From Elusimicrobiota bacterium (lineage in GTDB: Bacteria > Elusimicrobiota > Elusimicrobia > Elusimicrobiales > UBA9959), in assembly GCA_003482905.1 (NCBI GenBank), contig DMXM01000028.1:49703-113702 (forward strand): a stretch of DNA of 64,000 bases, read 5' to 3'. How positions within the stretch are numbered: position 1 is the stretch's first letter; every line of letters begins with the position of its first letter. A program made the translations under genes and the position numbers. The notes under the pieces are model-generated. The model ran no database searches. It saw only the letters and a program-made list of their open reading frames with translations, and was not told where the DNA came from. Positions 45,673 through 52,857 of the stretch are shown in pieces.

Positions 45673-46614
45673 ATGCGCAAGAACATGCAATGGCTGCTGC
45701 TGATATTGGCCCTGGGCGCGGCCTGGCTGCAATGGTATACACATAAAGACCAGCTGCGGGCTACGGCGCGCCTTATCCAGTGGAAAATGTTCCCCTGCTC
45801 CGGGCCCGTAACCTATTCCGTAGGCTCCATCAGCCTGGGCTACAGCCTTACCGCCGTGGAACTGGCCGACGCTCTGAAAGAGGCCGAAACCGTCTTTGAG
45901 ATCCCGGCGCGCAAGAACCTTTTAGAATTCAGACAGAGCGGCGGCGACGTTACCGTTAACCTGGTCTACGACAACCGCCAGGCCGCGCTGGACAAGCTTG
46001 CGGCGCTGGGCATTAAAACCGACCACAGCCTGGCTTCCTACCAAGCCCTCAAAACCCGGTACGAAGAGCTTGCCGCGCGCACGGAGGCCGAACAGGCCGG
46101 CCTTGCAAGATCGGCGCGCGCCTACAAAACAAAAGAAGCCGCCTATAACGCCGACATGCAGCGCCTTAACCGTCATGACGTCGTAACGCACGCGCAGCAT
46201 CTGCGCGCCAGGTCAGTAAGGGCCGCGCTCTCCATGGAATTCTCGCGCCTTAAGAAGACAGAACGTTCCGTGAACGCCAATGTAGACACCCTTAACGCGC
46301 TGGCCACCACACTTAACCAGATAATAGTGCAGCTTCAATTGAACGTGGCACAATACAACCGCGCGGGCTCCATTATAGGCAGGTACGAAGAAGGTTTATA
46401 CAGGACCGCAAACGGGCAGCGCAGCATAGACGTATACACCTACAGCCAGCGCACACACCTGGTGCGGCTGCTGGCGCACGAACTGGGCCACGCCCTGGGC
46501 CTGGACCATACAGCCGACCCTAAAAGCCTGATGTACCCCATGAACACCGGCGGCAGCCTTGAATTGGCCCCCGCCGACATAACCGAACTGAACCGCGCGT
46601 GCCGGCGGAATTAA
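45673..46614 (+). CDS. matrixin-like zinc metalloprotease with a coiled-coil insertion
   Basis: HELGHALGLDH (HExxHxxGxxH) and Met-turn SLMYP. N-terminal TM/signal. A ~130-aa helical insert (AALDKLAALG...QLNVAQYNRAG) lies inside the catalytic domain. Confidence 0.7.
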   Translation: MRKNMQWLLLILALGAAWLQWYTHKDQLRATARLIQWKMFPCSGPVTYSVGSISLGYSLTAVELADALKEAETVFEIPARKNLLEFRQSGGDVTVNLVYDNRQAALDKLAALGIKTDHSLASYQALKTRYEELAARTEAEQAGLARSARAYKTKEAAYNADMQRLNRHDVVTHAQHLRARSVRAALSMEFSRLKKTERSVNANVDTLNALATTLNQIIVQLQLNVAQYNRAGSIIGRYEEGLYRTANGQRSIDVYTYSQRTHLVRLLAHELGHALGLDHTADPKSLMYPMNTGGSLELAPADITELNRACRRN

Positions 46615-46624
46615 GCAATTAAAT

Positions 46625-46646
46625 AAAGTAGCCTGTCCCCATTTCC
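46625..46646 (+). repeat. repeat family A single copy (AAAGTAGCCTGTCCCCATTTCC)
   Basis: Lies between convergent genes; its last base (46646) is the first base of the mutT stop triplet (46646-46648). Confidence 0.7.
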
Positions 46647-47023
46647 TATTTACGCAGGATGTTTAATACGGGGATATCGGCGCTGCAGAAATCGTATTTC
46701 ACCAGATCCGCGGGAGCTACCCATTCAATGCGGTCGTGGTCGTTAAGATTGAAATCGCCGGAGAGGTGCTCCGTCCTGTAAGCCAGCAGTTCTATCGGCA
46801 AGTGCTTGTAGTCGAACTTGCTTGAGCAGATGAATTCGCCTATTTTGGTATCTACACCGAACTCTTCCATCAGTTCGCGCCGCAGGCAGGCCTCGGGCGT
46901 TTCGCCCGGCTCTATCTTGCCGCCTGGGAACTCCCACTTGCCGGCAAGGGTATCCCCCGGCTTGCGCCGGGCTATAAATATCTTCCCGTCTTTCTCAATA
47001 ACCGCGGCCGTTACCTGCTTCAT
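46646..47023 (-). CDS. mutT: NUDIX hydrolase (MutT-like 8-oxo-dGTP diphosphatase)
   Basis: Nudix box GKWEFPGGKIEPGETPEACLRRELMEEFG. Confidence 0.8.
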   Translation of the reverse strand: MKQVTAAVIEKDGKIFIARRKPGDTLAGKWEFPGGKIEPGETPEACLRRELMEEFGVDTKIGEFICSSKFDYKHLPIELLAYRTEHLSGDFNLNDHDRIEWVAPADLVKYDFCSADIPVLNILRK

Positions 47024-47051
47024 ATAATTAAAATTTTGACGAATAGTCCCA

Positions 47052-47393
47052 TTACGGCCGCTTGCCGGTGCGGCAGGCGCAGTTTTTGGCGGCCAGCAGT
47101 TTCAGCTGGCGCTGCGGGGGGTCGATAAAAATATCCTGAACGGCGCGGCCGGTAGCCAGCTTTTTATCCAGCGGGCTTTTGTGGTTGTAGCCCCTGCGCG
47201 CCATTTCGGCCGTAAGCGCCGTGTGGCGCGCGTACAGCGCTTTCAGACGGCCGCGCCAGCGCAGCGTTTCCGGGTGCCGGGAATAACCCTTCTTCCCCTG
47301 CGTCAGCACCACCCAGATGCAATGCAGCTCCCGGTGCTCGCCCAGCAGGTGGTTGCGGCACAGCCTGCGCGGTTCTATATCCCAGATCCTCAT
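47052..47393 (-). CDS. pyrimidine dimer DNA glycosylase / endonuclease V family (DenV-like)
   Basis: MRIWDIEPRRLCRNHLLGEHRELHCIW... resembles the N-terminal catalytic region of T4 DenV-type proteins (LMAEYRELPRVF). Recalled from memory. Confidence 0.55.
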   Translation of the reverse strand: MRIWDIEPRRLCRNHLLGEHRELHCIWVVLTQGKKGYSRHPETLRWRGRLKALYARHTALTAEMARRGYNHKSPLDKKLATGRAVQDIFIDPPQRQLKLLAAKNCACRTGKRP

Positions 47394-47405
47394 ATTAAAC
47401 CCCTG

Positions 47406-47927
47406 TCATTTGGCCCGCGGCGCCGCGCCGGGGAAAATAAGTTTTCCGGTATCGAACCCCAGCTCCCCGGCCCTGGCCACCAGGCGCGCAACTATGTCCG
47501 GCGCCAGCTCGGGGTTGCGGGCCAGCAGCCAAAGGTATTTAAGGGACGGGCCGGCCACCAGCACGTAACTGTAGCCCTGGCGGTCCAGCTCCACTATATT
47601 GTAGCCGCCGTAGAAAGGCCTGAAGAAAGATACCTTCAGCTGCCCCACGGACGCCGGCCCGGTAAAGTAAGCCCGGCCCTCGGCCTCTTTCCATTCCCCG
47701 GTGGCGGCTTTATAACCCCGGTTAACCACATTAACGCCGCCGTCCTCGCGCATGGAATATTCGGCCGTCACGCCGGTGAGCCCGCGTTCAAAGGAGTGGT
47801 CCAGCCGGGCTATTTCGTGCCAGGTGCCCAGGTAGCGGGGCAGTTCAAAGCCGGCCACCGGCGCCACGCCCTTTGGCGCCGTAGCGCAGCCGCCAAACAG
47901 TGCCAGCAGTATAGTTAAGTATTTCAT
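47406..47927 (-). CDS. blc: outer-membrane lipocalin (Blc-like lipoprotein)
   Basis: Lipobox LALFGGC. Motifs LPRYLGTWHEIARLDHSFERG and YNIVELD...YSYVLVAGPSLKYLWLLAR. Confidence 0.85.
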   Translation of the reverse strand: MKYLTILLALFGGCATAPKGVAPVAGFELPRYLGTWHEIARLDHSFERGLTGVTAEYSMREDGGVNVVNRGYKAATGEWKEAEGRAYFTGPASVGQLKVSFFRPFYGGYNIVELDRQGYSYVLVAGPSLKYLWLLARNPELAPDIVARLVARAGELGFDTGKLIFPGAAPRAK

Positions 47928-48370
47928 TGTTCCTCCTTCTGCAGTTCGGGCTCGCCCGCCCGCGGCAGGCCAAAGCGCGCCGACAGCGTATGCAGCAGGT
48001 CTTTGGCGCCGGCCTCTTCCAGGCCCAACAGCGTCTGAAGGCGTACGCGCAATTTATCCCCGCTCAGGCTCACCACCTCGCGGCCCTGTATGGAGAACAG
48101 GAACGCCCCCCACGTAAAAAACCCGGCTGCCGTCCACCCGGCCAGCCAGAACAGCAGGAAGCCGCCGGGCAGCAGGGCCGGCCAGCTGTCGGCAGACCGC
48201 GCCAGCTGCCACAGCGCCTTGGCCGCAGATACCTCGCCGGCCGTCCACCCGCAAAGCCAGAAGCCCATAAAAATGGAGATGGGCCACAGAAAAGGCGTAG
48301 GTATCACCACGCGGGGCCCGTCCGTGGTCTCCTCCAGCGCCCAGGTGCGCGCCTTAAAAATCGCCATCAA
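47924..48370 (-). CDS. hypothetical membrane protein
   Basis: 148 aa with 3 predicted TM helices. 4-nt overlap with the blc start. Confidence 0.55.
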   Translation of the reverse strand: MMAIFKARTWALEETTDGPRVVIPTPFLWPISIFMGFWLCGWTAGEVSAAKALWQLARSADSWPALLPGGFLLFWLAGWTAAGFFTWGAFLFSIQGREVVSLSGDKLRVRLQTLLGLEEAGAKDLLHTLSARFGLPRAGEPELQKEEQ

Positions 48371-48473
48371 TACCTTCCCCCCGGCAGTAGTGCCTGCGTC
48401 ATAATTAATTCCTATTCTAACAAAAGGGATAGGGCAAGGGGACGCCGCGCCAGGGATCAGCTTAGGATAACCC

Positions 48474-48698
48474 TTAAATAAAATTTATTTCAAGCCTTTT
48501 GCCGAACACATGGGCGATTTTTCCCAATGTGGTGAGCGACGGGGCATAGCGGTCCTTCTCCATCCTGGAGATCACCTGCTGCTTGGTATGAAGTTTTTTC
48601 GCAAGCTCCGCCTGCGTCATATGGGAACGCTCCCGCAGGTCCGCTATCTTGTGCGCTATAAGAAGGGCGCCCACGCCATCCTCATAAGACTTCCGCAT
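48474..48698 (-). CDS. XRE-family HTH protein (orphan antitoxin-like)
   Basis: HTH_3: IADLRERSHMTQAELAKKLHTKQQVISRMEKDRYAPSLTTLGKIAHVFG. Only ~115 nt separate it from the transposase remnant, so no partner gene fits. Confidence 0.75.
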   Translation of the reverse strand: MRKSYEDGVGALLIAHKIADLRERSHMTQAELAKKLHTKQQVISRMEKDRYAPSLTTLGKIAHVFGKRLEINFI

Positions 48699-48813
48699 TG
48701 CGGGGGTGGAGTGCGCCCCTAAAACTGAACAGATTTCGAGGCTAGATTAGGTATGGTTCTGACTGGTTTCCTAAAGTGCCGTGATATAATTAAAAACGAG
48801 CGAGGAACCAGCC

Positions 48814-49713
48814 ATGGGAAAGAAGAAGCGGATATTTTCAGTTGAGCTTAAGAAACAGGTAGTCCGGGAAGTGGAAACCGGCGCGTGCGGGCTGACAGAG
48901 GCCGCCAGGCGCTACAGCCTGGAAGCCAGATTCATCACCGTAGAAGACACGGTAAACCTTATGCGCTGCACGAAAGACTACTTGAATGTAAACGGGCGCC
49001 CGGTGGCGATTTACGTAGACAAGGATTCGATCTACAAGATCAACCGGCAGGCCAGCATAGACGAAGAACTGCGCGACGCCATGCCGCTTTCGCAGTTTAC
49101 GCGTGCGATGGGCGAGCTTGGGGTTGAGATGATCTTTGCCAACAGTCCGCAGGCAAAAGGCAGGGTGGAGCGCGGTTTCCGCACGCATCAGGACCGGCTT
49201 GTAAAAGAGCTAAGGCTGGCCGGGATATCGGATATGGCGGCGGCCAACAAGTTTCTGGAGACCGTCTATATCGCCAAGCACAATGGGAAATTTGCGATTG
49301 CCCCGGCGAGCAGGCTTAACGCGCACAGGCCGCTTCTTAAAACGCATCGGCTGGACGAGATATTGTGCGTAAAGCTAACCCGGACACTTGCGAACGACTA
49401 TACCCTGCGCTTTGACAACAAGTTCTTTCAGGTCACCAGGGAGCAGGACATCCGTATACGGTCCAGGGACATCGTGACCGTAGAGCAATGGCTGGGCGGC
49501 AGCATACACTTGAAGTTTAAAGGGGTTTACCTGAGGTACAAGAACATAAACAAGCTGCCTTATCGCGGGTACTATATCACCCACCGCAACGAACTAAACA
49601 GGGTCGGGAGCGGCACGGGGACGAGCGTCCCGGCCAAAGACCATCCATGGAGGAGGTTTATCCCTTCGAAAAGGCCGCCGCAACAACCAGTGTTAAGCAG
49701 TCAGGCATCATGA
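48814..49713 (+). pseudogene. chimeric/truncated transposase remnant (IS3-type OrfA N-terminus joined to the C-terminal part of an rve/ISNCY-like catalytic domain)
   Basis: The first ~35 aa (KKKRIFSVELKKQVVREVETG..LTEAARRYSL) look like an IS3 OrfA HTH. The sequence then jumps into ...VAIYVDKDSIY...ANSPQAKGRVERGFRTHQDRLVKELRLAGIS. The first catalytic Asp region is missing and no terminal inverted repeats were found. Confidence 0.65.
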
Positions 49714-49762
49714 CATTTATAAAAAACTAAAACCATGACATTTTAACTTGCTTGCAACAGGA

Positions 49763-49793
49763 GGGGACGCTGCTTCCTATCTTCCTAACTTCC
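49763..49793 (-). repeat. repeat family B, inverted copy with 8-nt internal duplication
   Basis: GGGGACGCTGCTTCCTATCTTCCTAACTTCC is the reverse complement of GGAAGTTAGGAAGATAGGAAGCAGCGTCCCC. It is followed by a family A-like tail, CTGTCCCCCATCTTT. Confidence 0.75.
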
Positions 49794-49832
49794 GGCCATC
49801 TCCCTGTCCCCCATCTTTAATAGAATATCTTA

Positions 49833-50891
49833 ATGCAACCTGATCTGCGGGGCTTGACCCGCGCCGATATTGCGGCGGCGCTAGTGGGCCTGGGCGAGAA
49901 GCCCGGCAACGCCGGCGCGGTATTTATGGCCGTGCACCGCCGCGGCGCCGCGGACCTGGCATTGCTGCCGAACGTGCCGGCGCGCGTATGCCTGGCGCTT
50001 GGCCGCGCCTTCACGCTGGCGCCCCTGCCCATCCCGGAGCGCAAGCTGGTAGCCCCGGACGGCACCAGAAAGCTGCTCTTCCGGTTCCCCGGGGAAGCCA
50101 CGGCCGAATGCGTGGTGCTGCCGGCCAAAGACCACCAGACCGCCTGCCTCTCGTCGCAGTCCGGCTGCGCCTGCGGCTGCACCTTCTGCGCCACCGGCGC
50201 CCTTGGGCTTAAGCGCTCGCTCACCCCGGCCGAGATAATAGCCCAGTACGAGGCCTGCCTGCGCGAGGCCGTGGACCTGCGGAGCCTGGTCTTTATGGGC
50301 ATGGGCGAACCTTTCCTGAACTGGGAGAACGTCAGAAAGGCCATAATGATACTTTCCGACAGCCGCGGCCGCCATTTTCCCCAGGTTAAAATGACCGTAT
50401 CCACCGTGGGCGTGATACCTGTTATAGAGGAGTTAACTACGTCGGACCTGCGGGTGAGGCTCGCCGTATCGGTGGTGGCGGCGGACCCGGAGCTGCGCGC
50501 GCGCCTGGCCCCCATGGAGAACACTTACCCGCTAAACCGCGTGCTGGCCGCCGTAAGGCGCTACTGCGCCGCGCGGCAGGCGCACGTTATGCTGGAGTAC
50601 ATCCTGCTCCCCGGCGTAAACGACCGGCCGTCCGACTCCGCGCTGCTGGCCAGGCTTATTGAAGGCATCCCCTGCCGCCTTAACCTGATCCCCTACAATC
50701 CGCCCGGCGGTCCCGGCCGCGCCACGCCGCGCATAAAAGAATTTCAGCAGGAACTTATAGCCGCCGGCGTGCTCGCCTACCTCCGCCAGGAAAAGGGCGC
50801 GTCCATAGCCGCGGCCTGCGGCCAACTCGCCGCCAGTGCGGATAGGGGGGAACAGCCTGTTGTCCCCTTTACTTTTTATCAAGGGCTTTAA
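49833..50891 (+). CDS. rlmN: 23S rRNA/tRNA (adenine-C2)-methyltransferase RlmN (radical SAM)
   Basis: CxxxCxxC cluster SSQSGCACGCTFCATG. Motifs MGMGEPFLN and CGQLA. TAGAAT lies 6 nt upstream of the ATG. Confidence 0.9.
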   Translation: MQPDLRGLTRADIAAALVGLGEKPGNAGAVFMAVHRRGAADLALLPNVPARVCLALGRAFTLAPLPIPERKLVAPDGTRKLLFRFPGEATAECVVLPAKDHQTACLSSQSGCACGCTFCATGALGLKRSLTPAEIIAQYEACLREAVDLRSLVFMGMGEPFLNWENVRKAIMILSDSRGRHFPQVKMTVSTVGVIPVIEELTTSDLRVRLAVSVVAADPELRARLAPMENTYPLNRVLAAVRRYCAARQAHVMLEYILLPGVNDRPSDSALLARLIEGIPCRLNLIPYNPPGGPGRATPRIKEFQQELIAAGVLAYLRQEKGASIAAACGQLAASADRGEQPVVPFTFYQGL

Positions 50892-51555
50892 GGACTTCAG
50901 GCGTGCCGATATTCGCAAGGGCTTCCCCGGCGTGAGACTGCAAGAGCGCGTCTTTATCCTTAAGCGCCAATATCAGCGTGGGCACAGCCATCTTTGCGTC
51001 CGGGCCTATTCTCCCCAGCGCGCGCACGGAGCTCTGCCGCAGCCCCAGGTCCTTGCCGCCGGCCGCCTCGACAAGCAGTGGAACCGCGGCCTTTGCCGCC
51101 GGGCCGAAATCCCCCAGAGCGCTGGCGGCATTGCGCCTGGTCTCAAGGTCTTTGTCTTTAAGCGCCTTCATGAGATATGGAATAGCTTCCGGCCCTATCC
51201 GTCCAAAAGCGTCCGTGGCGGCCAAACCGACATTGGACTCCAACCCGGGGTCATTGAGCATCTTTATAAGCACGGGAATGGCGGACTTCGCCGCCGGACC
51301 TATTTCCCCCACGGCCCTGGCCGCGTAATAGCGGACGGCTTCGTCCTTGCTCTTAAGCAGACCGGTAAGCGCGGGAACGATCTTTGCCTTGGCCGCGGCG
51401 TCCATACCGCCCAGTTCGCCGTCGGCGGCCTCGCGCACCCGCTCATCCGCCGAAACCAGCCTCTCGGGCAGGGTTGCCGCAAAACATGCCGCGCTCCCCA
51501 GCGCCAGCGCCAGAAAGCAGCCCCCCGCCGCCGTAAGCCTTGCAAATCTTCCCAT
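50869..51555 (-). CDS. secreted HEAT-repeat (PBS-lyase-type) protein
   Basis: Signal peptide. About 6 repeats of ..VRxxAAxALGxIGPxAKxAVPxLxxxLKDKD.. The 3' end overlaps rlmN by 23 nt. Confidence 0.7.
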   Translation of the reverse strand: MGRFARLTAAGGCFLALALGSAACFAATLPERLVSADERVREAADGELGGMDAAAKAKIVPALTGLLKSKDEAVRYYAARAVGEIGPAAKSAIPVLIKMLNDPGLESNVGLAATDAFGRIGPEAIPYLMKALKDKDLETRRNAASALGDFGPAAKAAVPLLVEAAGGKDLGLRQSSVRALGRIGPDAKMAVPTLILALKDKDALLQSHAGEALANIGTPEVLKALDKK

Positions 51556-51686
51556 ATGAATTCTCCTTCGGTATTTAACAGGTTATGACGTTTTTTTATT
51601 CCGCAAATATTCTAGCAAAAGGCCCATACTGCCTTTTTCCGGGCGCAGAATACAAAAGGTAGCAGGTACCTTTTTACTGCCCGCTG

Positions 51687-51716
51687 TTGACAATCACGGC
51701 TGATTTTTGTGATATT
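51687..51716 (+). promoter_or_regulatory. putative promoter of the PLC-like/secretin operon
   Basis: TTGACA (51687-51692), a 17-nt spacer, then TGATAT(T). This leaves a ~100-nt 5' UTR. Confidence 0.5.
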
Positions 51717-51822
51717 GGCCTTGGGGGGCAGTCATTTAGATTCTAAGGCACCGGTACCGCGCAGAAACGCGGGATCTTGCCTGCCTCATTATGGCAGAAA
51801 CGTCGGGGATCGAGGGGGACTT

Positions 51823-52830
51823 ATGAAAAAATATATATCTTGGCTGACATTGGCTTGTCTGCTGGCCGGTTCTGCGCCTTACGCGGCGTTAGCGAGCGGA
51901 CAGGCCATCCACCTGATGACCGCGAGCAAGGCGGTCAAAAAGATAAAGTCGAAGGGGCTTGAGTCACTGCTCGACGAGAAACGCAGGTGGTTCCTGTCGG
52001 GCGCCATATTCCCGGACACCGGGGGCCACACGAGCGATGAATTTTCCAAGTTCCTTCACGGCGGCAAATTCCTTAACGCCTATGCCGATTATATCGTGGA
52101 GACCTGCGGCAAGGACTTCAACACGCACTGCAAGGACCGGATGGCGCATTTCCTCGGCGTGCTGACGCATATCCGGTCGGACATAAGGTTCGACCGTTAC
52201 TTCGTGACCAGGGTCAGGAAAGAGTGTAAATTCAAGGATGTCTCCAACAACGCGCAGTATTGGGCGGACAACCATCTTGACCCTATCGCGGTTTGCAAGC
52301 ACCGGGATTTCGGCGCGAAGTACGGCCTGACCTATATAGAGAAGGTCGAGTGCCCCGATGACACTTTGCTGGCCGTTTTTAAGAATGCTGGGACAAAATA
52401 CACGCGTGATAACATCAAAAAAGGGCTCAAAGAGCAGGAGGATATGCTCCAGATGGAATTCAAGCTGAAGGACTACGGCATTTTATGCGAGTCCTATCTG
52501 GCCAACGGCAGCATCAGGGATACGGCCACCGACGGCAGGGATTGTCATTGCGGGAAGCTCGGCCTGCCCAGGGATTGCACCTGCAACTACTGGGATCAAT
52601 GCCCGTGGGGCTCAAGAGAGGAGAACTATTATTCAGGCAATAAAGTGGAAGGGAGCATCGACGACATGGGAGAGGATGTTATGCCCGACTGGCTGGAAAC
52701 GACCTATGACGCGCTGATGGCGGCTATAAAGAAAGGCAAGGATGCCCCGGTATTTGCGAAAAAGGGGGATTGGCCGGCGCAGGACCTGTGCCGGATGTGG
52801 ATCCCGAGTTCGGCCAAGTACTGCGACTAG
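51823..52830 (+). CDS. secreted zinc-dependent phospholipase C-like protein
   Basis: Start set to ATG 51823 behind GAGGGGGA. Signal peptide MKKYISWLTLACLLAGSAPYAALA. HLMTASKA...FLSGAIFPDTGGH...HFLGVLTHIRSDIRFD resembles the Zn_dep_PLPC family. Cys-rich C-terminal part. The composition looks less GC-rich than the neighbouring genes. Confidence 0.5.
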   Translation: MKKYISWLTLACLLAGSAPYAALASGQAIHLMTASKAVKKIKSKGLESLLDEKRRWFLSGAIFPDTGGHTSDEFSKFLHGGKFLNAYADYIVETCGKDFNTHCKDRMAHFLGVLTHIRSDIRFDRYFVTRVRKECKFKDVSNNAQYWADNHLDPIAVCKHRDFGAKYGLTYIEKVECPDDTLLAVFKNAGTKYTRDNIKKGLKEQEDMLQMEFKLKDYGILCESYLANGSIRDTATDGRDCHCGKLGLPRDCTCNYWDQCPWGSREENYYSGNKVEGSIDDMGEDVMPDWLETTYDALMAAIKKGKDAPVFAKKGDWPAQDLCRMWIPSSAKYCD

Positions 52831-52857
52831 AAATCAAGATAGTCCTGGAGACGCATT

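Noticed and set aside
51757-51811. Guanidine-II (mini-ykkC)-like pair of small hairpins in the PLC-like gene leader
   Set aside because: The loops are CAGAAA and TCATTAT, not ACGR tetraloops, and the two hairpins are not alike. It is kept only as a low-interest direct repeat.
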